Below, in pieces: positions 1-8,124 of a DNA stretch of 64,000 nt. How positions within the stretch are numbered: the first letter of the stretch is position 1; each line of letters opens with the position of its first letter. Position numbers and translations under genes: made by a program. The DNA is from an uncultured Planctomycetia bacterium (GTDB lineage: Bacteria > Omnitrophota > Gorgyraeia > Taenaricolales > CAZCCH01). The stretch lies in contig CAZCCH010000005.1 of the NCBI GenBank assembly GCA_964497315.1, positions 1,885 through 65,884 on the forward strand, given 5' to 3'. The notes under the pieces were generated by a model. It was not told where the DNA came from and searched no databases. It worked only from the letters and a program-made list of their open reading frames with translations.

Positions 1-1
1 T

Positions 2-2485
2 TCTTTTGACTGGCGATATGATGAAATCCTACATAAAGGTAGGACAGCCACAAGTGGCACATTTGCAGGTGCTTTTGAAGCAAGGACACTTCAAGAGGAA
101 GGAAGAATTATTCGCATTGAAATTCCAGCAGACATTTTATTAGAAAATGGCGTGCTCATGTTGGACCTTGATGCCGTACATTATTTTAATAAGATCAAAG
201 GTAAGCATATTTCGGCTTCAGAAGAAATCGTGCAGTTTAATGAAACGATAGAAGAAGCATCCTCTAAAAACAGGCAAGAGCTGAAGCGCCTTCTTGCTGA
301 AGCATCTCCTGAGGCCATTCAGGATTTTATAGTGCACAAAGAAGAAATCATTATACCGCATAACCACTTGAATGCATTTTTAAGCGGCTGTACAGAAATT
401 CCAGTCCACCGCGATTACAATTATTTGCATTTTTTGGTAGACGGTGACGTACCCTTCAGGATAAACCCCTTACATTTCCCATTATTATGGGATGATGTTG
501 CACGGGCCGTTCGTGATAGACAGAAAGCAGTATCTGCAAAACCCGTAGCAGGCTTTTATATTTGGGAAAATGATAGATTTTCTATTTGGTTCTCATGCAG
601 TGAGCAGACAGGTGAAGCATACCTAGATATAAAAGACAAAGCTAACACCATCATATCAATCAAAAGGCCAGCTTCTGATGAGACATGGAACATGACGCGG
701 CTATCGTTATATCCTTACGATAACCTTGCAAATTACACGCAGGCCATAAGAGAGCTTCAATTTTCACTGCAAGCCCACAATAGCTCACTGACACGTCCTA
801 TAGAATTTATTGTCAATTTATGGGAAAATAGTGGTGTGCTGGAGCGTCCCCAGAAACGTAGTCGGGTTACTGAGGCAGAGGCAGAGGAACAGATAAGGAG
901 GGTTTTTGAGCAGATAAGAGAAAAGTGGGATGCTATTGGAGAAAAGGAGCTTCCTGACGTGCAGAGGTACGATATTATTCTTAGGCCTCGTGCTTTGGAG
1001 AGGTTCACTCGTGATTTGCAGAGAGGCCATGAAGATATTGATGAAATCACAGAGGCTATCGATGAGACGATACGTTTTGAAACAGAAAGCATTGTGTGTC
1101 AGGTAGAGGCCACAGATTCGCAAAGAGAGACTGTTCGGGAGGCAGAGGCGAAATTGAGAGAATATCTTAATGACTTAGGATTGCCCTATCAGCCGCATAA
1201 GGTTATCTTTGTGCCTTTTGATCGCCTGATTTGGGAGTGCATGGGAATATGTTTCGACTATCACCATGCGGTTGTCTTGCCGGCGGAGTTTGAAGATGAG
1301 ATAGTGTGGTATTCGCTTTTTCATGAGCTCCTGCATGGGCAGTCGCCCGGTTGCGAATTAAGGAGACTTGATGAGGGGATGACCGAATATCTCACAGTTA
1401 CTTTAATGATGAGGTTGCAGAAATGTACCGATTTTTCCCCTGAGGCCATCACCAAGTTCTACAAGGAGACCAACTTGCGCTTATACAACAGAGAGGAAGT
1501 TCAGGATGTGTTTAGAGCGGGTCCGAGCTATGGACAAGACTTAGAGGCAATAGCTCGGTTGGTGGCGGTAACAGGAGAGGGCCCTTTGCTCAGGGCATAC
1601 TTTGGAGGTGACTACAGCGAACTTAAGGAGAAGTTGGGAGTGGATGTCTGGAGAGATATAATGGATTTAGCGCAGCGATATGAATCAGACATAGGAAAAG
1701 AGCGAGACGGAGAATATCTGGAGAGGGTTAGGGGAGTTCTATCTGCTCGCTTCCCCGAACCCCCACCCACCCAAACCCAGGCGAGGTTTGGGGAGTTTGA
1801 GCAAGCATGGGATGCAAGTCAAGAGTTAGTAGCACGAGTTGCACCACAGGCTGTGAATGCACCGGGTTGTATTGTATTTAACATATCTCGGTTTTTTGAA
1901 GGAGACGATGAAACTATAATAGCTATTTTAAGAGAACTCCAGGCCGAACTCGCAAAGGCTAACAAATGGTTTGAATTTGAAACGGATAGATATTTTATGG
2001 CAGGGAGAGCAGAGAGACTGGCAAGGTATAATGCTATACTGAAGCCATATAGGGATAATCCTACTTATGATGCGGCAGCAGGAAATAGAGTGGGGGTTGT
2101 AGGTGATTTAGAGATTAGTCGGCTTCTTGAGAATCCGAATTCAGTAACATTAGACTCTGCAATAGGCATTGAAGGGTTTGATCAGGCTGAATTGACAGCA
2201 GAAGATATAGAAGAATTGAGGCCCATTCTTATTTTGACTGCTACATTGATTGACCTGCGTCATGATCCTGAGAACGAGGCTTTGCTGGAATTTTATAAAA
2301 TCCAGCTAGAAAAACTGGGTGCCAGAGTGCCCAATTTAGAAACTATCAAAGATTTAGCCAAGGATATCGAAACTGCCCTTAGGGCAGCCCGAACTCTAAT
2401 CTTACCTGCTATAGAAGCTCTCAATGTATGGGAATACTACCAAGATATAATGAAGTCTATTGAGATTATCATGAGAGATGTATAG
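2..2485 (+). CDS. Hypothetical protein, 5'-partial. The reading frame is open from the window edge and at least 777 aa is present. It contains an HELLH...(18)...E motif resembling a gluzincin metallopeptidase.
   Basis: The frame of ORF 152..2485 stays open upstream to position 2 with no stop. An HExxH motif (LFHELLHGQ) is followed by DEGMTEY. I recognise no other family. Confidence 0.5.
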   Translation, partial: SFDWRYDEILHKGRTATSGTFAGAFEARTLQEEGRIIRIEIPADILLENGVLMLDLDAVHYFNKIKGKHISASEEIVQFNETIEEASSKNRQELKRLLAEASPEAIQDFIVHKEEIIIPHNHLNAFLSGCTEIPVHRDYNYLHFLVDGDVPFRINPLHFPLLWDDVARAVRDRQKAVSAKPVAGFYIWENDRFSIWFSCSEQTGEAYLDIKDKANTIISIKRPASDETWNMTRLSLYPYDNLANYTQAIRELQFSLQAHNSSLTRPIEFIVNLWENSGVLERPQKRSRVTEAEAEEQIRRVFEQIREKWDAIGEKELPDVQRYDIILRPRALERFTRDLQRGHEDIDEITEAIDETIRFETESIVCQVEATDSQRETVREAEAKLREYLNDLGLPYQPHKVIFVPFDRLIWECMGICFDYHHAVVLPAEFEDEIVWYSLFHELLHGQSPGCELRRLDEGMTEYLTVTLMMRLQKCTDFSPEAITKFYKETNLRLYNREEVQDVFRAGPSYGQDLEAIARLVAVTGEGPLLRAYFGGDYSELKEKLGVDVWRDIMDLAQRYESDIGKERDGEYLERVRGVLSARFPEPPPTQTQARFGEFEQAWDASQELVARVAPQAVNAPGCIVFNISRFFEGDDETIIAILRELQAELAKANKWFEFETDRYFMAGRAERLARYNAILKPYRDNPTYDAAAGNRVGVVGDLEISRLLENPNSVTLDSAIGIEGFDQAELTAEDIEELRPILILTATLIDLRHDPENEALLEFYKIQLEKLGARVPNLETIKDLAKDIETALRAARTLILPAIEALNVWEYYQDIMKSIEIIMRDV

Positions 2486-2798
2486 CGACTGACCTATCTA
2501 TCCATAACCCCACCCAGTCCATACTGATATATATAAAATCATCAAATTTACTGATTTTGAATCTGCAGCCAGCTGGAATACTCGATGTCTCTTTTTGCAA
2601 TGGCCAAAATTTTGGCGGGGGAAAATTTTGGCTTGTGTAGAAGGTATTCTTGAATCAGTGCTAAGAATTTTTATCCTTGCAACAGCAAAGAGTATTTGGT
2701 AGAATTAAATTCACCGCTACTTAAGGTTTTACTTCAAGGGGACTCTTGAAGTAGGTTCGGATTTCGTCTAACAGGCACAGCCAGTTTAAAAATTTAGT

Positions 2799-2884
2799 GC
2801 GCGGGTGGCGGAATTTGGCAGACGCGCAAGATTAAGGATCTTGTGGGGTAACCCTTGCAGGTTCAACTCCTGTCCCGCGCACCA
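2799..2884 (+). tRNA. tRNA-Leu (type II, long variable arm). The anticodon reads AAG in my hand fold.
   Basis: Acceptor stem GCGCGGG pairs with CCCGCGC (7 bp). Discriminator A73 and CCA are encoded. The T arm is GCAGG-TTCAACT-CCTGT. The variable arm is a GGG-GTAA-CCC hairpin. The anticodon stem is CAAGA/TCTTG with loop TTAAGGA. Confidence 0.8.
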
Positions 2885-2900
2885 TATAAATGAGTAAGTT

Positions 2901-3575
2901 ATGAAGACCAAAGAAAGACAAATAGCCGTTACCTTAAGAGAGCAAGGATTAACGTACAGGGAAATTCAGAAAGAACTCCCAGTTTCTAGAAGTAGTCTGA
3001 GTTATTGGTTGAGAGATATAGAGTTGACACCTGAACAAATTGAGAGAATACAATATAAAAATGAATTGATAAAGAAAAAATTTATCGAATATAATGAGTT
3101 TAAAAAGAAAGAGGCAAGAAGACGGCGGGATAGCATTATAGAAATAGCAAAGAAAGAAATAAACAAGATATCAAGACGAGAACTAAAATTATTGGGCATA
3201 GCTTTATATTGGGCTGAAGGGAAAAAGGCAAACATGAAGGCAGGCTCCGCAACCTTTACAAATTCAGATCCTTTTATGATTAAATTAATAATGCGGTGGT
3301 TTAGGGAAATATGTTATGTCCCAAATCCAAAATTTAGAGCGAGTTTTCAGATTTATAATACGCAAAAGATAGATGAAATAAGAACATATTGGTCAAAGTT
3401 AACTAATATTCCATTCTCTCAGTTTATGGCACCTACTTTGAGGGTTAGTAAAACAAGCAAAGGTAAAAGAGGTAAGATCTTACCCTATGGAACACTCCGA
3501 ATACAAATTAATGATTCTGCACTTCTAACGAGAATATTAGGGTGGATTGAAGGATTAAAAGGCCCCGTCGTCTAG
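2901..3575 (+). CDS. Hypothetical protein with an N-terminal HTH and a single LAGLIDADG-like motif (LLGIALYWAEGKK). Putative homing-endonuclease-like protein.
   Basis: ORF of 224 aa. The HTH-like N-terminus reads LREQGLTYREIQKELPVSRSSLSYWL. The motif LLGIALYWAEG resembles a LAGLIDADG helix with an acidic residue plus Gly. The stop codon TAG lies inside tRNA-Glu at 3573-3575. Confidence 0.4.
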   Translation: MKTKERQIAVTLREQGLTYREIQKELPVSRSSLSYWLRDIELTPEQIERIQYKNELIKKKFIEYNEFKKKEARRRRDSIIEIAKKEINKISRRELKLLGIALYWAEGKKANMKAGSATFTNSDPFMIKLIMRWFREICYVPNPKFRASFQIYNTQKIDEIRTYWSKLTNIPFSQFMAPTLRVSKTSKGKRGKILPYGTLRIQINDSALLTRILGWIEGLKGPVV

Positions 3576-3638
3576 CCTGGTTCAGGACGCGGGATTCTCA
3601 TTCCCGTGGCACGGGTTCAAATCCCGTCGGGGCTACCA
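3561..3638 (+). tRNA. tRNA-Glu(CUC)
   Basis: The D region TCGTCTAG...GGAC is typical of tRNA-Glu. The anticodon stem is CGGGA/TCCCG with loop TTCTCAT, giving anticodon CUC. The T arm is ACGGG-TTCAAAT-CCCGT. The acceptor stem GGCCCCG pairs with CGGGGCT and is followed by ACCA. Confidence 0.8.
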
Positions 3639-3680
3639 GCACTACGGTAACTGCAATATTTTCAGTTAGTTATGGAAAAG
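3622..3680 (+). repeat. Direct repeat copy 1 (attL-like). It covers the last 17 nt of tRNA-Glu plus about 40 nt downstream, including the terminator stem.
   Basis: TCCCGTCGGGGCTACCA-gcACTACGGTAACTGCAATATTTTCAgtTAGTTATGGAAAAGAGG recurs at 4981-5042 with a few mismatches. Confidence 0.7.
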
Positions 3681-3712
3681 AGGGCAAACTCATATCCCCT
3701 CTTTTTTGTTTT
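3676..3712 (+). terminator. Rho-independent terminator downstream of tRNA-Glu
   Basis: GAAAAGAGGG-(11 nt loop)-CCCCTCTTTTTTGTTTTTG is a GC stem followed by a T-run. Confidence 0.6.
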
Positions 3713-3739
3713 TGAAAATAGAGTGAAATAAGAATAATC

Positions 3740-3803
3740 TTGACATGATTTCTAGATATGTTATAATTACGCATAGTGCGTAACGCATAATGCGTAATGG
3801 AGG
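3740..3803 (+). promoter_or_regulatory. Sigma70-type promoter followed by an operator-like palindrome and an SD
   Basis: TTGACA (3740-3745), 16-nt spacer, TATAAT (3762-3767). Inverted repeats follow: TTACGCA-TAG-TGCGTAA and ACGCAT-A-ATGCGT (3768-3797). GGAGG lies 7 nt before the ATG at 3810. Confidence 0.6.
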
Positions 3804-3809
3804 CGTTTT

Positions 3810-4934
3810 ATGGAAAATCCGTTTATATACGGCAAAGAGGTTTCCGGAGAGAATTTTTGTAACAGAAAGAAAGAAATCGAAGAACTGAGACGTGATATTA
3901 TCAACAGTCAAAATGTCATTGTGTTTTCTCAAAGAAGATTTGGCAAAACATCCCTGCTTAAAAGAGTGTTCGAGGGCTCAAAAAGAAAAGGGATAATCAC
4001 TATCCATGCAGATTTATATTCAGTACTAACAGAAGAAGATTTTGTTTCACTTTATGCCAAGGCCATAACAAAATCTATTTTTGGCAACTTCAAAGGGAAA
4101 CTTAGAAACGTCGCAAAGTTTTTCAAAAAGATTAGGCCTACATTTAAGGTAAGCGAAGCAGGAGATATAGTTTATAGTGTAGATATTGAGAAAAAGGAAA
4201 TTTTACCTTCACTAGAAGATACTTTAGAAAGCGTAAATCGGTATATAAATAGCAAGAAGAAAAAAGCCGCCGTCTGTTTTGATGAATTTCAGCAAGTTGG
4301 CCTGCTTAAAACTGACAGGCTTCAGAAGGTTATGCGCACTTCAATACAGAAACACAAAAACATATCTTATATATTTATGGGCAGTAAAAAACACTTAATA
4401 TCGGATATGTTTAATAACCCCCACAAACCCTTTTATAAAAGCGCTAAGCCATTTCCTCTTGGTAAGATTGAGACTTCAGAACTCTTAGAATTTATACAGG
4501 ATAAATTTACACTTACCGATAAATATCTCCCAGATACTTTAGCAAAGCAGATAGTAGGGACGTGTGAAAGGCACCCCTATTATGTACAGTATCTCTGTCA
4601 TATTATGTGGGAGAGGGCAATAGATAAAAAAAGGATAACAGAAGAAGACTTTTTAAAAAGCCTTGAGCTTTTATTGGAAAGGGAATCTTCCACCTATGAA
4701 GCAACATGGAATTTATTGACGCTTAAACAAAAACAAGTCCTTTTGGCATTAAGTAAGATGTTGCTCCAGGAAAAACTGTTCTCCTCAGACTTTTTGCAGA
4801 AAAACAATCTTGGCTCAGCGTCAAGCCTCCAGCGTACAGTAAAGAGTCTAATTGATAAAGATCTTATTGATAAAGAAGGAGATGTTTATACCATAATAGA
4901 TATTTTCTTCAAAAAGTGGCTTTTCAAGTTATAA
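3810..4934 (+). CDS. ATP-binding protein, archaeal-ATPase (ATPase_2) family with a C-terminal DUF234-like region
   Basis: Walker A FGKTSLLKR and Walker B AAVCFDEFQ. The overall layout is typical of PF01637-type ATPases. Confidence 0.7.
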   Translation: MENPFIYGKEVSGENFCNRKKEIEELRRDIINSQNVIVFSQRRFGKTSLLKRVFEGSKRKGIITIHADLYSVLTEEDFVSLYAKAITKSIFGNFKGKLRNVAKFFKKIRPTFKVSEAGDIVYSVDIEKKEILPSLEDTLESVNRYINSKKKKAAVCFDEFQQVGLLKTDRLQKVMRTSIQKHKNISYIFMGSKKHLISDMFNNPHKPFYKSAKPFPLGKIETSELLEFIQDKFTLTDKYLPDTLAKQIVGTCERHPYYVQYLCHIMWERAIDKKRITEEDFLKSLELLLERESSTYEATWNLLTLKQKQVLLALSKMLLQEKLFSSDFLQKNNLGSASSLQRTVKSLIDKDLIDKEGDVYTIIDIFFKKWLFKL

Positions 4935-4980
4935 AAAGATGAAAAAGCACTTCGGATATAAATTATCCGTAGTGAACGGC

Positions 4981-5042
4981 TCCCGTCGGGGCTACCATCA
5001 CTACGGTAACTGCAATATTTTCAATGAGTTATGGAAAAGAGG
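4981..5042 (+). repeat. Direct repeat copy 2 (attR-like) of the tRNA-Glu 3' end plus downstream sequence
   Basis: The 17 nt identical to tRNA-Glu positions 3622-3638 are followed by a near-identical about 40 nt. The hairpin stem carries compensatory changes: GAGGAC/GTCCTC here versus GAGGG/CCCTC in copy 1. Confidence 0.7.
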
Positions 5043-5072
5043 ACGCGTGGGTTTGTCCTCTTTTATTATTTA
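5034..5072 (+). terminator. Rho-independent terminator for the 3810..4934 gene
   Basis: AAAAGAGGAC-(loop)-GTCCTCTTTTATTATTT. Confidence 0.55.
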
Positions 5073-5101
5073 AAACATAACACAGGTCTTTGATTTTTTA
5101 C

Positions 5102-5160
5102 TTGACAAAACACGCATTTTGGTGTATATTTGCAATACAATTGCAAAATTGCACATAAGG
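5102..5160 (+). promoter_or_regulatory. Sigma70-type promoter plus a downstream palindromic operator
   Basis: TTGACA (5102-5107), 17-nt spacer, TATATT (5125-5130). The palindrome TTGCAAT-ACA-ATTGCAA follows, and AAGGAGG lies 5 nt before GTG 5169. Confidence 0.6.
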
Positions 5161-5168
5161 AGGAATTG

Positions 5169-6359
5169 GTGACTAAACGATATATAACAAGGGATATAGA
5201 AGCCATTATAAGAAAGGCGGAGAGACAATTTCCAGCCATAATAGTAACAGGCCCTCGCCAGTCAGGCAAGACAACGCTTTTAAAGCACCTTTTTTTAAAA
5301 ACGCATAACTACGTTTCGTTGGACGATCCTGATAACAGGCTCATGGCGAATAGAGAGCCAAGGTTTTTCATGGAAAATTTTCCAGCGCCTGTGATTATAG
5401 ATGAGATACAATACGCTCCGGAACTTTTTTCTTATATAAAAATGGTAGTAGATAAAGACCGCTCTAAAAAAGGACAGTTTCTTTTAACCGGTTCCCAAAG
5501 CTTTCCGCTGATGGCCAAAGTTACAGAATCACTTGCGGGAAGAATTGCCATTTTTAATCTCTTGCCATTTTCTTTTAAAGAAAGGTTGAAGATGCAAAAG
5601 TCTTTTAGTTTAGACGTGTTTAAAAAAATGCTGCTTAGGGGCGGATTCCCGGAGCTTGTTGTTAATAAATCCATGGACGCAAAATTATGGTTTAACGGAT
5701 ATTTGCAAACATACCTCGAAAGAGATGTGCGACAACTTCGCAATATCGGAAATTTAACTGATTTTCAGAGATTTCTTGAAATGCTGGCTTCCTATAATGG
5801 ACAGGTGCTTAATTTATCCGATCTATCGCGCAATCTCGGAGTAGCGGTAAATACAATCAAAGGGTGGATTTCCATTCTTGAGGCATGTAATCAAATAGCG
5901 CTTATTAAGCCATACTACAAAAATAAAGGAAAACGCCTTATAAAACGCCCAAAAATATATTTTCTTGATACTGGTTTTTTATGTTATTTAAACGGCATGA
6001 CAGACCAAAATCAGGTTTTAAAAGGGCCGGCTGCGGGACAGTTATTCGAAGGTGCGGTTTTAACCGAGATCATACATGGTTTTTACGACAAAGGAGATAT
6101 ACCGAGAGTTTTCTGGTGGAGGACATCGCACGGAGAAGAAGTGGATTTTATCGTAGAAAAGAAAGGCAGGCTTGTGCCAATAGAAGTCAAAATTACCTCA
6201 AGGTCAAATAAAGTGTTGACGCAGGGCCTGGTAGCCTTTGAGAGACTTTTTTCAACAGAGGTTAAAAAGTCAATCGTAGTCAATTTATCGGATAAAAAGC
6301 TGTTAGTAAGCAATAAGATAGAATGCCAACCTTTTAGGGATTTCATAGAAAGCTTTTGA
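5169..6359 (+). CDS. AAA+ ATPase of the AAA_14/DUF4143 family
   Basis: GPRQSGKTTLLKHLF is the Walker A motif. The C-terminal region KRPKIYFLDTGFLCYL is DUF4143-like. The start is refined to the in-frame GTG behind the strong SD; the ORF track starts at 5130. Confidence 0.7.
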   Translation: MTKRYITRDIEAIIRKAERQFPAIIVTGPRQSGKTTLLKHLFLKTHNYVSLDDPDNRLMANREPRFFMENFPAPVIIDEIQYAPELFSYIKMVVDKDRSKKGQFLLTGSQSFPLMAKVTESLAGRIAIFNLLPFSFKERLKMQKSFSLDVFKKMLLRGGFPELVVNKSMDAKLWFNGYLQTYLERDVRQLRNIGNLTDFQRFLEMLASYNGQVLNLSDLSRNLGVAVNTIKGWISILEACNQIALIKPYYKNKGKRLIKRPKIYFLDTGFLCYLNGMTDQNQVLKGPAAGQLFEGAVLTEIIHGFYDKGDIPRVFWWRTSHGEEVDFIVEKKGRLVPIEVKITSRSNKVLTQGLVAFERLFSTEVKKSIVVNLSDKKLLVSNKIECQPFRDFIESF

Positions 6360-6462
6360 CTCGGCTAAACAATTCATTACAGTGACATATACAAAAAACT
6401 CCTCATGTGATATAATTACAGGAACAGATGGTTGTAAGGACTACCAAATAGGATAAGTTATT

Positions 6463-6957
6463 ATGAGAGTTAAAGATTGCATGACAAAAGATGTGGTTTG
6501 CGTAAAACGCTCTACCACCCTATCTGAAATTCTAGCTACTTTTAGAAGGGTAAGCTTTCACACTTTGCCTGTCATTGAAGAAAAAGACAAGCTCATTGGC
6601 GTGGTAACCTTTGAAGACCTCTTAAAAGTATTTCGACCATATGCAGTAGAGGTTACTGATATGCTTAAAACCATTCCTTTTATTGGTGAAGTTACTGAAG
6701 ATGAGGATATACTGGTAGCTGATATCTCACAAGACTTAGGGTTGTTAGTAGTTGCAGACGATATAATGAGCACAGACTTTGTAACCATAGAGCCACAAGT
6801 TGATGTTAGTCAAGCAAGACAGCTTATGAAGCTACACAGCCAGAATAGACTTCTCGTAACAGAGTATGGACGCCTTCAAGGAATTATAAGCCTCTTTGAT
6901 ATAGTGCTGGCTATCTTTAAAGAAAAAGGAATCATAGCAAATAACGGGACTCATTAA
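6463..6957 (+). CDS. CBS-domain pair protein
   Basis: Two CBS-like repeats: MTKDVVCV...LPVIEEKDKLIGVVT and IMSTDFVTI...RLLVTEYGRLQGIIS. Confidence 0.7.
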   Translation: MRVKDCMTKDVVCVKRSTTLSEILATFRRVSFHTLPVIEEKDKLIGVVTFEDLLKVFRPYAVEVTDMLKTIPFIGEVTEDEDILVADISQDLGLLVVADDIMSTDFVTIEPQVDVSQARQLMKLHSQNRLLVTEYGRLQGIISLFDIVLAIFKEKGIIANNGTH

Positions 6958-8124
6958 ATGGAAATTTTAAGCCTTGGTTTTATATTACTTGCAGGTCTTG
7001 CCTCAGGAAAGATTATCCGTCGGTTAAAATTTCCTGTTGTGACTGCATATCTTTTGCTTGGCATTTTAGCAGGGCCTTTTGTGTGGAATTTAATATCACC
7101 TAGCATACTGCGCGCTTCAGGGCTTATATCCTTTATTGTTTTAGGTTTTGTGGCATTTAGCTTAGGCCAGAATTTTTCTTTTGAATCTTTTAGAAAAATT
7201 GGTAAGTCCATTATTTGGATATCTATATTAGGCGCCTGTGGTCCGTGGCTTATTGTTACTTTAGGGCTTTCATTAATTTTCAAGATGCCTTTCTATGAAG
7301 CGCTTTTGTATGGTGCTATTGCCTCTGCAACAGCACCTGCAGCAACTGTATTAGTAACTAGGGAATTCAAGGCAAAGGGCACATTCACAGAAACACTCCT
7401 TGCTACGGTTGCAATAGACGATGCCTGGTGTCTTATTATATTTGCTTTATCTTTTGCTATAGCCAGGGCGATGGCAAGTTACGGTTTTGTTAATTCCGTA
7501 TTAATTAAAGCAATTGCCAGTGCTTGTGTAGAGATAGCTGGTTCGTTTGTTTTGGGCTGGCTTATAGCGTGGGTATCAGGCTATCTTATTCGCTTTGCCA
7601 GGACACAGGCAGAGTTGCTTGTATTTATCTTAGGGATTATTTTACTCAATACAGGCCTTGCAATATATTTTGGGTTATCCGTACTTTTAGCAAACATGTT
7701 TTTAGGGGCAGTACTTGTAAATATCCATCACTTAAGCTTTAAATTCTTCGATACCTTACGAAACATAGACCCACCTTTATATATTATATTTTTTGTCCTT
7801 GCCGGGGCTAATCTAGAAGTTAATCTTTTGCCTGCATTAGGAGCACTAGGTATAGCTTATTTTGTTTTACGTTCTTTCGGAAAGATTTTCGGAGCAGGCC
7901 TTGGAGGATTTATTGCAGGTGCGCCTGCCCGCATAAGAAACAATATAGGTTTAGCCCTTCTTCCGCAGGCAGGTGTTGCCTTGGGTGTAGCCTTAGTAGC
8001 CAAATCAGAATTTCCTCAAATAGGTGGCGTAATATTTTCCACCATTGTGGCCACTACAGTCCTGTATGAAATCATTGGCCCAATCTGCACAAAATTCGCC
8101 CTTTCTAAGGCCGGAGAAATTTAG
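6958..8124 (+). CDS. Polytopic membrane transporter, probably in the cation:proton antiporter (Na+/H+ exchanger) family
   Basis: A 388-aa protein with about 11-12 hydrophobic segments. Its ATG starts directly at the TAA of the CBS gene (TAAATG). Confidence 0.5.
   Translation: MEILSLGFILLAGLASGKIIRRLKFPVVTAYLLLGILAGPFVWNLISPSILRASGLISFIVLGFVAFSLGQNFSFESFRKIGKSIIWISILGACGPWLIVTLGLSLIFKMPFYEALLYGAIASATAPAATVLVTREFKAKGTFTETLLATVAIDDAWCLIIFALSFAIARAMASYGFVNSVLIKAIASACVEIAGSFVLGWLIAWVSGYLIRFARTQAELLVFILGIILLNTGLAIYFGLSVLLANMFLGAVLVNIHHLSFKFFDTLRNIDPPLYIIFFVLAGANLEVNLLPALGALGIAYFVLRSFGKIFGAGLGGFIAGAPARIRNNIGLALLPQAGVALGVALVAKSEFPQIGGVIFSTIVATTVLYEIIGPICTKFALSKAGEI

Noticed and set aside
757-1123. 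Minus-strand ORFs of 111 and 101 aa, and many similar short ORFs (e.g. 3002-3235, 5432-5743, 6083-6346, 9204-9710, 35738-36169) antisense to long conserved genes.
   Set aside because: They are embedded in and antisense to ORFs with clear family signatures. They have low-complexity composition, no SD or promoter, and are typical shadow ORFs.
2736-2760. Inverted repeat ACTTCAAG-GGGACT-CTTGAAGT upstream of tRNA-Leu, as a terminator.
   Set aside because: There is no downstream U-tract, and it sits between a putative promoter (TTGCAA-N17-TAGAAT at about 2677-2705) and the tRNA. It may just be a leader structure, and the evidence is insufficient to call.
2799-3638. Group I intron or split tRNA hosting the LAGLIDADG-like ORF.
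   Set aside because: Both tRNA-Leu and tRNA-Glu fold as complete, contiguous cloverleafs. The ORF lies between them, not within an anticodon loop.
2486-6360. Integrated prophage or integrative element with an integrase at the tRNA island.
   Set aside because: No integrase, recombinase or phage structural genes are present. Only the att-like repeat and ATPase cargo are seen, so it is reported as a possible remnant rather than an intact element.
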